Of a stretch of DNA of 28,402 bases, positions 1 through 7,500 are shown piece after piece. The stretch's first letter is position 1, and the number at the start of each line of letters is the position of its first letter. The notes below the pieces were generated by a model. That model was not told where the DNA came from. It worked only from the letters and a program-made list of their open reading frames with translations, and searched no databases. The position numbers and the translations under genes are program-made. The stretch is from a virus (Duplodnaviria > Caudoviricetes): positions 1-28,402 of the IMG/VR virus record IMGVR_UViG_3300020452_000237; one strand, given 5' to 3'.

Positions 1-87
1 GAATTTCTATTAGAAAATGCAAACAATGGGGTGGATATTTTGGCAGTTCTGGATGATATTGTGGAGGTGGAAGATACAGCACTATAA
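1..87 (+). CDS. 3' end of an upstream hypothetical protein (partial)
   Basis: Frame 1 is open from base 1: EFLLENANNGVDILAVLDDIVEVEDTAL, TAA at 85-87. Acidic, protein-like composition; the start lies outside the window. Confidence 0.6.
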   Translation, partial: EFLLENANNGVDILAVLDDIVEVEDTAL

Positions 88-100
88 GTAACAATTAGTA

Positions 101-200
101 TACACAGATTAGGGGTGAGTTTATAACACTTATCCCCTGTAATATGTGTGGGGTTTATATAACACAGTGGTTACACAGTTGTTGACATAAACCTCATATA
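101..200 (+). repeat. Two overlapping long imperfect inverted repeats (hairpins)
   Basis: Hairpin A pairs 101-120 with 128-150 (core AGGGG 111-115 / CCCCT 134-138). Hairpin B pairs 145-158 with 187-200 (14 bp, 3 G-U) and extends inward imperfectly; its right arm carries the -35 box. Confidence 0.65.
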
Positions 201-210
201 ATGTTATGAT
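182..210 (+). promoter_or_regulatory. Sigma70-type (host RNAP, early) promoter with extended -10
   Basis: TTGACA (182-187), 17-nt spacer, TATGAT (205-210), with TGn at 202-204 immediately upstream of the -10. Confidence 0.8.
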
Positions 211-274
211 GTTATATAACAGTTATATGCAGTGTTTTGCCCCCTTCGTTGTTATGCCCGATGCGGGCGTTGCG

Positions 275-396
275 TTTATAAAAAACCGAAAGTCCCTAAC
301 CTACAACGAACCGAATTCGAGATGTATATAAAAAAACCACGAAAATATTTTTTGACCTTCTAAGGTTTTCTATATAAAAAAATCCCCCACAAAAAA
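275..396 (+). repeat. Three imperfect direct repeats T[T/A]TATAAAAAA(A)(T)CC
   Basis: tttataaaaaacc (275-287), tatataaaaaaacc (325-338) and tatataaaaaaatcc (371-385), spaced 50 and 46 bp. Each is followed by a short C-rich stretch and another A run. Confidence 0.6.
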
Positions 397-636
397 ATGT
401 CCTCCGAAAGAGAAAACATTACAACATATCATATCTACATAAAGGATCGTTGCATATATCATAATTTAAAACAAGACGAGTTTGATGAGACATGGGAACT
501 ACTCAACGTCATGGTAGGGTTGTTGAAGACTGATTATAATTCAGGAGATTTATCATATGAAAAAGCAGCACCACAGGTAGGAGTGGGTGGACCAATCAGG
601 ATATCAATTGAACCACCAGGTGGAGATTCATATTAA
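397..636 (+). CDS. Hypothetical protein (79 aa), cyanophage-type
   Basis: ORF track. Pattern YHIYxKxxCxYxxLxxxEFxxxWxxLxxMVGLLKTDY resembles small conserved cyanomyovirus proteins (from recall). Lies downstream of the promoter at 182-210; no clear SD. Confidence 0.75.
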   Translation: MSSERENITTYHIYIKDRCIYHNLKQDEFDETWELLNVMVGLLKTDYNSGDLSYEKAAPQVGVGGPIRISIEPPGGDSY

Positions 637-667
637 TACGGTATTCCTCACAACCATTACTTAAACA

Positions 668-696
668 TTGACATATACATAATATCACTGTATAAT
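668..696 (+). promoter_or_regulatory. Perfect-consensus sigma70 promoter
   Basis: TTGACA (668-673), 17-nt spacer, TATAAT (691-696), 24 nt upstream of the ATG at 721. GAAGG/GAGG SD-like sequences at 703-718. Confidence 0.9.
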
Positions 697-720
697 TGAA
701 ATGAAGGTAACTTAGAGGTT

Positions 721-1488
721 ATGGCAAAAGGATTTACTGTTAAAGCAAAGGCTCCTACGAAGGACGCAGCAAAGTGGGATATTCCTGCTATCAAGGAAAG
801 ATGGAAAGGAAAGACAATAGTATTCTGTCTTCCTGGTAGAGGTTGTTCATATACCTTCTTAAAGAATTTTGTTCAACTGTGCTTTGATATGGTACAGTCT
901 GGAATGAGTATTCAGATATCACAAGACTACTCTTCTATGGTAAACTTTGCAAGATGTAAGTGTCTTGGTGCAAATGTTCTCCGTGGTGCTGATCAGAAAC
1001 CTTGGGATGGTAAACTAGAGTATGATTATCAGTTATGGATTGATAATGACATTGTGTTTAATGCAGAGAAGTTCTGGCAACTTGCTGATCTTGCCATTCC
1101 TGCTGAAGGTGACGAAAGACAGATCGCAGCAGGCTGGTATGCTACAGAGGATGGACATACTACCTCAGTTGCTCACTGGTTAGAAGAGGAAGACTTCCGT
1201 AAGAATGGGGGAGTTATGAATCATGAGACTGTTGAGTCAATGGGCAAACGCAACAAGCCTTTCACAGTTGACTATACAGGTTTTGGATGGGTACTAATTA
1301 AGAAGGGTGTCTTTGAGGACATGCAGTATCCTTGGTTTGCTCCTAAGATGCAAATCTTTGAGTCAGGTGCAGTACAGGATATGTGTGGTGAGGACGTGTC
1401 GTTCTGCCTAGATGCTAAAGAGATGGGTATTGAGACATGGTGTGACCCTCGCATACGTGTAGGACATGAGAAAACTAGGGTCATTTAA
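721..1488 (+). CDS. Putative glycosyltransferase, GT-A fold (GT2-like), 255 aa
   Basis: N-terminal strand IVFCLPG and an 'NFARCK' helix at the position of GT2 'ARN'. DxD motif WIDNDIVF (1036-1059), 'TGFGWVLIKKGVFE', acceptor-site 'GEDVSFC' (1387-1407) and C-terminal 'VGHEK' His. Confidence 0.75.
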   Translation: MAKGFTVKAKAPTKDAAKWDIPAIKERWKGKTIVFCLPGRGCSYTFLKNFVQLCFDMVQSGMSIQISQDYSSMVNFARCKCLGANVLRGADQKPWDGKLEYDYQLWIDNDIVFNAEKFWQLADLAIPAEGDERQIAAGWYATEDGHTTSVAHWLEEEDFRKNGGVMNHETVESMGKRNKPFTVDYTGFGWVLIKKGVFEDMQYPWFAPKMQIFESGAVQDMCGEDVSFCLDAKEMGIETWCDPRIRVGHEKTRVI

Positions 1489-1636
1489 GTTTTCGGTGAA
1501 TTCACAATTAAGAAGTGAAGAATTATGGGATCTTTCAGCAGAGATCCTCACCGAACTCTCTCGTAGGGATGGGGTTGACTACAGAATCAAAGCAACCCCA
1601 GAGTCAGTACAAAGTAAATTAGAGGATTTGAACTAA
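1466..1636 (+). CDS. Small hypothetical protein (56 aa from ATG 1466, or 46 aa from GTG 1496)
   Basis: Manual translation: MRKLGSFKFSVNSQLRSEELWDLSAEILTELSRRDGVDYRIKATPESVQSKLEDLN*. It fills the gap after the GT gene, and its TAA overlaps the next ATG (TAATG at 1634-1638). Start uncertain. Confidence 0.55.
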   Translation: MRKLGSFKFSVNSQLRSEELWDLSAEILTELSRRDGVDYRIKATPESVQSKLEDLN

Positions 1637-1779
1637 TGCCAATGCTAACAGCAACGAATGATGGGAATTATAAGTTACCACGTCCGAAAAAAACTCGTCA
1701 AGGACGCTCGGCTCGTACACTACTATCCGCAACTTCTCGCAATAAGGCTAAAAAAGCATATCGTGGACAAGGAAGGTAA
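1636..1779 (+). CDS. Small basic protein (47 aa) ending in YRGQGR
   Basis: Manual translation: MPMLTATNDGNYKLPRPKKTRQGRSARTLLSATSRNKAKKAYRGQGR*. SD GAGGA at 1622-1626; translationally coupled. The KKTRQG...SATSRN...YRGQG pattern is recalled from cyanophage proteins upstream of gp25. Confidence 0.8.
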   Translation: MPMLTATNDGNYKLPRPKKTRQGRSARTLLSATSRNKAKKAYRGQGR

Positions 1780-1875
1780 ATGAAAAACCCTTGGATTCAT
1801 AAAAATGGAAAAGCTACCATTGATAAAAGATCTACACAAAACAAAAATAAAAAGAAAAAGGGTACAAAGAAGTAA
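1780..1875 (+). CDS. Very small Lys-rich peptide (31 aa)
   Basis: MKNPWIHKNGKATIDKRSTQNKNKKKKGTKK*. The ATG directly follows the previous stop (TAAATG), AGGAAGG lies upstream, and the stop runs into the terminator. Confidence 0.5.
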   Translation: MKNPWIHKNGKATIDKRSTQNKNKKKKGTKK

Positions 1876-1901
1876 AGGAGGGTTAAGTCCCTCCTTTTTT
1901 T
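1874..1901 (+). terminator. Rho-independent terminator
   Basis: Stem AAAGGAGGG (1874-1882), loop TTAAGT, CCCTCCTTT (1889-1897), continuing as a T run to 1901. Confidence 0.88.
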
Positions 1902-1903
1902 AT

Positions 1904-1911
1904 GTTAAATA
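1904..1911 (+). promoter_or_regulatory. Possible T4-type late promoter (GTTAAATA)
   Basis: TAAATA core of the gp55-dependent TATAAATA late promoter, just after the terminator and about 20 nt before ATG 1931. Confidence 0.5.
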
Positions 1912-1930
1912 GTAAAAACATAGTAAAGTT

Positions 1931-2086
1931 ATGGAAAATCCTAAAAAGAAAATGCTAAGAGAGGTATCACATGACCGTCTTACACCTAAAAAACGTGATG
2001 AACTAGTGCAAAGTGAGATATTTGGTGATTTTGAGGAGGATGGATTGGACTATGAAGACCAAACTATGACGTTATCAGAATATTAG
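1931..2086 (+). CDS. Small hypothetical protein (51 aa), basic N-terminus and acidic C-terminus
   Basis: Manual translation: MENPKKKMLREVSHDRLTPKKRDELVQSEIFGDFEEDGLDYEDQTMTLSEY*. It fills the space between a late-promoter-like motif and the gp25 promoter. Confidence 0.7.
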   Translation: MENPKKKMLREVSHDRLTPKKRDELVQSEIFGDFEEDGLDYEDQTMTLSEY

Positions 2087-2098
2087 TTTGCAATCCTT

Positions 2099-2106
2099 AA
2101 TAAATA
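2099..2106 (+). promoter_or_regulatory. T4-type late promoter (AATAAATA) for gp25-gp6-gp7
   Basis: NATAAATA motif 21 nt upstream of the gp25 GTG, embedded in a 17-mer repeated exactly before gp8. Confidence 0.8.
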
Positions 2107-2127
2107 AACAATAATTGCTCTATTAGT

Positions 2128-2529
2128 GTGCCTCTAGAACGGGTTAGTCAAGGATTTAAGGATATAAGTATGTCATTTCAGGCAAATCCCCTGAATGATG
2201 ACCTTATTGCACTTAAAAATGAGAACGCAATAGCACGTTCTATACGTAATATTGTCTTTACCTTACCTGGAGAGAAGTTTTTTAATCCATCCTTTGGTTC
2301 TAGAATTACTGAATCTCTTTTTGAGAACATTGATGACATCACTGCTACTATTATTGTTGATGAAATACGTGAATCTATAGAAACTTATGAAGATAGAGTG
2401 CAATTGAACAATGTGGAAGCATTTCCAAACTTTGAAAACAATAGTTTTGATGTAACTATCGCATATGAGATCATAGGAAGGAACGTTCCAGCACAAGAAT
2501 TACAATTCGTTTTGCAATCAAGTAGATAA
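2128..2529 (+). CDS. gp25: Baseplate wedge subunit gp25 (GPW/gp25 family)
   Basis: 133 aa, GTG start. Motifs FKDISMSF..NP..DL, 'AIARSIRNIVFTLPGEKFFNPSFGS' and 'IETYEDRV'; directly upstream of gp6. Confidence 0.92.
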   Translation: MPLERVSQGFKDISMSFQANPLNDDLIALKNENAIARSIRNIVFTLPGEKFFNPSFGSRITESLFENIDDITATIIVDEIRESIETYEDRVQLNNVEAFPNFENNSFDVTIAYEIIGRNVPAQELQFVLQSSR

Positions 2530-2531
2530 AA

Positions 2532-4571
2532 ATGCCATTAGCTAACTTTAGTAACTTGGATTTTGACCAAGTTAAGATAACATTACAAGATTATCTAAAA
2601 TCAAACTCTAATTTTACCGATTATGACTTTGAAGGGTCTAACCTTTCAACGATTTTGGATGTTCTGGCATATAATACCTACATTACATCATACAATGCGA
2701 ACATGATCACCAATGAGGTGTTCATTGATACTGCTACATTAAGAGAAAACGTCATATCTTTAGCTAGAAACATAGGTTATGTACCCCGTCCAAGGCAAGC
2801 AGCAAGGGCAACAGTGTCCTTCTTTGTTAATACTGAGGGAATTACACCTTCACCTGCTTCTTTGACTCTTAAGAAGGGTCCAGTGGCAGCATCACAGAGT
2901 CCTTTCGGTGGATTATCCTTTGTATTCTCAATTTTAAGTGATATTACAGTTCCAGTGTTTAATGGAATTGCAGAATTTAACGATGTAGAGGTTTTTGAGG
3001 GTACACTTTTAACTCAAACCTACACTTTTTCATCAAGAGTACCAAATCAGAAGTTTATAATACCAAATATTGGTGTTGATACTGATTTAATGACCGTTTC
3101 TGTACGACCAAACGAAGCATCTACCACAGAAACCAAATATAGTTCACAAAATAGTCTTTTTGACGTAAAATCTGAGTCAAAAGTTTATTATTTGCAAGAA
3201 ATTGAAGATGAGAGATATCAAATATTCTTTGGAGACAATATTTTTGGAAAAAAACTCGATGATGGTAATTTTATAACTATAGATTACATCACTTCTAGTG
3301 GTGATTCTGCAAATGGACTAAATTCTTTCAATTTTGCAGGTAGAATTCAATATACACGTAATGCTCAGTCCTATACAATCAGTTCTGGCATCTCTTTGAT
3401 GACAACTGGACTAAGTGCATCGGGTGGAGAGACAATTGAGTCTGTAGAGTCGGTTAGAAAGTTTGCTCCAAGGATTTATTCGTCTCAAAACAGAGCAGTT
3501 ACCTCAAATGACTACGAATCTTTAATTCCATCAAGGATTTATCCCGAAACTGAGTCAATTTCGGTTTTTGGTGGTGAAGATTTAGTACCTCCTCAGTTTG
3601 GAAAGGTGTTTATCAGCATAAAACCCAAAACTGGTGACTTTTTACCCAATCTTATCAAAGAACAGATTAAATTAAAATTAAAGAAGTATGCAGTAGCAGG
3701 AATTATCCCAGAAATACTTGATTTGAAGTATCTTTACATAGAAGTTAACTCAAAGATCTATTATAACAGTAATCTTGCACCTTCTGCGGCTTATGTTTCT
3801 TCAGTTGTGCAAAATAATTCTACCAAATATGCAGAATCCTCTGAAATGAATAAATATGGTGCTAGATTTAAGTATAGTAAGTTTTTAAATATTATCGATC
3901 AAAGTAATGAGTCTATAACATCTAACATTACAACAGTTTATATAAGAAGAGATATAAGAGCAGTATTAAATGCTTTTGCAGAATACCAAATTGGTTTTGG
4001 TAATGAGTTTCATATTAAGAGCATGAGTGGATATAACATCAAATCATCAGCATTTAAAGTTGCTGGAATTATGGATGATGTTTACATATCAGATATTCCC
4101 AATACAAATAGAATTACTGGATCACTATTTTTATTCACTCTTCCTTCAGAAGCATCTCAATCCCCTACTATTGTTAGAAGAAACATTGGAAGAATTGATT
4201 ATAAGAGTGGAGTTATTACTATCAACCCAGTTAACATCCAATCTGGAATGATTAAAGATGGTCAAACTATTATTGAAATATCTGCATGTCCTCTTTCTAA
4301 TGATGTCATTGGATTACAGGATCTTTATTTGCAACTAGATATTAATAACAGTACATTTGATACTGTGGTTGATGAGATTTCTTCTGGATTAGATCCTTCT
4401 GGTTCTAACTATATAACATCTACTAGTTACGCTAACGGCAACTTAGTTCGTTCTGGTGGACGTAGTTCTCAAATATCTACACAGACCACTTCTGCTCCAA
4501 GTACATCATCTACAACTACTACAACAGGTGGTAGTTCTACAGCATCAACATCCGCAGCTTCATCCTACTAA
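2532..4571 (+). CDS. gp6: Baseplate wedge subunit gp6
   Basis: 679 aa. N-terminal 'LDFDQVK..L..YL....FTDYDFEGSNLSTILDVLAYNTY...YNANM..NEVFIDTATLRENV.SLAR.IGY.P', plus 'FGDNIFGKK', 'QNRAVTSNDY' and 'PPQFGKVFISIKP', typical of T4 gp6. Confidence 0.95.
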   Translation: MPLANFSNLDFDQVKITLQDYLKSNSNFTDYDFEGSNLSTILDVLAYNTYITSYNANMITNEVFIDTATLRENVISLARNIGYVPRPRQAARATVSFFVNTEGITPSPASLTLKKGPVAASQSPFGGLSFVFSILSDITVPVFNGIAEFNDVEVFEGTLLTQTYTFSSRVPNQKFIIPNIGVDTDLMTVSVRPNEASTTETKYSSQNSLFDVKSESKVYYLQEIEDERYQIFFGDNIFGKKLDDGNFITIDYITSSGDSANGLNSFNFAGRIQYTRNAQSYTISSGISLMTTGLSASGGETIESVESVRKFAPRIYSSQNRAVTSNDYESLIPSRIYPETESISVFGGEDLVPPQFGKVFISIKPKTGDFLPNLIKEQIKLKLKKYAVAGIIPEILDLKYLYIEVNSKIYYNSNLAPSAAYVSSVVQNNSTKYAESSEMNKYGARFKYSKFLNIIDQSNESITSNITTVYIRRDIRAVLNAFAEYQIGFGNEFHIKSMSGYNIKSSAFKVAGIMDDVYISDIPNTNRITGSLFLFTLPSEASQSPTIVRRNIGRIDYKSGVITINPVNIQSGMIKDGQTIIEISACPLSNDVIGLQDLYLQLDINNSTFDTVVDEISSGLDPSGSNYITSTSYANGNLVRSGGRSSQISTQTTSAPSTSSTTTTTGGSSTASTSAASSY

Positions 4572-4588
4572 GATAGAAAGACTATAAA

Positions 4589-7500
4589 ATGACAACAAAA
4601 AGAGTACAGTTTAATAACATTGTCCAGAATCAATTGCCTGGATATGTGCAGTCTGATTATCCGTTAGTTGCTGAATTTTTAAAATCTTATTATCAAGGAC
4701 AGGAATATGAAGGTGGTCCAATTGATTTGGTCCAGAATATTGATAAGTATGTAAAAATAGATAATCTTACTAATCTCACATACTCTGTTGGGTTGGGTGC
4801 AACGGTTGGTATCTCTAGTGATGCAATCGATGTTGATATGCAGAACTTCCCTACAGGAACTTTAGGTTTTCCTGACTCTTATGGGTTGTTAAAGATCAAT
4901 GATGAAATTATTACATATACTGGAATAACTACTTTTGGATTTACTGGATGTGTTAGAGGTTTTAGTGGTGTTACTTCATATAGAAGTGCTACTAATTCAG
5001 AAGAGTTAGTTTTTGAATCTACTGAAGCAGATGAACATGCTAAAGGATCGACAATAGAAAATTTAAGTTGTTTATTCCTTAAAGAATTTTTAACTAAGAC
5101 AAAATATCAAATTACACCAGGTTTAGAGGGAAGGCAACTTACTTCTGATCTGGATCAAGAAGTTTTTATAAAGCAGTCAAAAGATTTCTATCTAAGTAAG
5201 GGAACTGATAGAGGTTTTGAAATTTTATTCAAAGCTTTATATAATGAGAATGTTAATATTATAAGACCTCGTGATTTTCTCTTTACTCCATCTAATGCGA
5301 ACTATAAAGTCACTAGAGATTTTGTAGTACAATCGATTACAGGAGATCCTATGGATCTAGAGTTATCAACTCTGTTCCAAGATGAATATAATGATACTAT
5401 TGATAAAGCATATGCTCCTATAACTCATGTAGAAAAAATTTCCGTAGGTGTTGGAGAGACTTATTATAAGTTTAGTGTAGATGCTGGATATAATAGAGAC
5501 TCAAGGGTAGAAGGTGCTACTTATGGTACATTTGAGGTTTCACCAAGAACTAGAATAGTTGGTGGAGTTTCTGCAGGTGCTACTATCTTTGATGTTGATT
5601 CGACAGTTGGATTTTCAACAGAAGGTGAATTGCACTTTAGGTATGGTGATAATACTGTAGGAATAAGTTCATATACCTCTAAGAACCTAACACAATTCTT
5701 TGGATTGAGTGGAATTGGTAAAGAAATTGATAGTGCAGCAATAGTTGGTATCAATACATTTGCATACGGTAGTTCAGTAATAGAACCAGATGAAACTATT
5801 GAAGTAAGAATTACTAGTGTAATTAATAGTGTTGAATATTCTGATGCTAATTGTCTTTATGGAAATGGTGATGATATAAAAATTAAAACTTTGGGAATTG
5901 GTGATACTGGGTATAAATTGAATGGTTGGTCATATAATGTTTCACCGACTTACAAAGTTAAAGATCTACTTTTAATTGACGTTTCAGACTTTACTTATGA
6001 AGTCTTTACTGATGTTGATCATCAATTTAGAACAGGTGATAGGGCTGTTATTTCTCGTTCTCAAGGAGAAAATACTTCTTACCCTGCTTCTATTATAAGT
6101 CAGATTACTTCTTCAAGATCTTTCATTATGAAGGAGCAAGGAGAAATTGATATTACTACAGATGTTGATAGTAATCCATATGTAATAGAAAGAAAACTCT
6201 CTAAGGCAAACGCACTTAACTTCCCAGAAGCTTCTGTATTTTCTTCAGATGTTCAGAATGTTTATCAAGAAAGGCAAACACAGAAACTATTAATTACATC
6301 ACCATCTATTCCATCATATGATTCTTCATCTCTAGGTGTTAATGCTAATAGAATTGTATTCTCAGGAAACTTTAGTGGAGATACATGGGACATAATTGCT
6401 GATGCTACTACTCCTGTTGGAGTTCCTATTTTTGATCATGGATTCTATACAGGAGATTCAATTTATTATACTCCACAAATAATCAATGATGTTTATGAGG
6501 ATCCTACTAGTGGAACTAAATTAGATAATTTTGTCATAAAATCATCTTTGACTGATGAGGGTCTTTATTTTATTAAGAGAGTTGATGCTAATAATATTAA
6601 ATTAGCAAAAAGTAGACCTGACCTTTATAATGGAACTTTTGTTGATCTGTCTAATGATGGCACAAGAACTGGTGTAGCAACAGATAATAGAATAGAACCA
6701 TTTAGTTTTAATGGTGAAACTTTACAATCACAAAAATTAACAAGAATAATTACCCCACCAGTTGATACAGGAACAGTTTCTGAAACTACTCCTGGATCTA
6801 TTGGTATTCTGGTGAATGGTGTTGAAGTTTTAAATTACAAATCTTATGAAAAAGTTTATTATGGACAATTACAGAGTATAGATGTTCTTGCTGGAGGATC
6901 TAACTATGATGTAATTAATCCACCTATTACAAAAATAACTGATAATGTGGGAACAGGAGCAACAGGATTTGTTGCTGTTAAAGGATCTTTAAAGGACATT
7001 AGAATTATAGATCCTGGTTTTGCATATGAATCAAAACCTACAATAAAAATTACTGGTGGAAATGGGCAAGATGCTTTTGCTGCAATAAACATGCAGAGTG
7101 TGGATCATAGCATTCCTTTCACTGCATCTTCAGAGAAAGTTGGACTAGGAATCACAGGAACTTTATCTTCCACAATTGGATTTGGTACTTATCATAAATT
7201 TGCTAATGGTGAGCAAGTTGTCTATGTAACTGACAATCAACAGTCCATTGGTGGATTAACTACTAGTGCTAGTTACCATGCCTCTGTAGTCGGTTCTGGA
7301 GGCACTACAATAAGACTTCATACAACAGAGGCTGGTGCTCTTGCAGGTATCAATACAGTTGTTTTAACCTCCCGTGGTTCAGGCACACAATTTATAAAAG
7401 CTACCACAACAAAATCTATAATTGAATCTATCAATGTAATTAATTCTGGAACTGGTTATGAGAATAAAAAGAGAACAGTTCAACCTGCAGGTATTACTAC

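Noticed and set aside
352-380. Possible third sigma70 promoter TTGACC...TATAAA before ORF 397
   Set aside because: The spacer to TATAAA is only 15 nt, and at 17 nt the hexamer is TAAAAA; much weaker than the two consensus promoters nearby.
88-396. CRISPR-like array or tRNA in the intergenic repeats and hairpins
   Set aside because: The repeats are short (~13-15 nt), degenerate A-tracts with only three copies; no cloverleaf or T-loop GTTCRA context was found.
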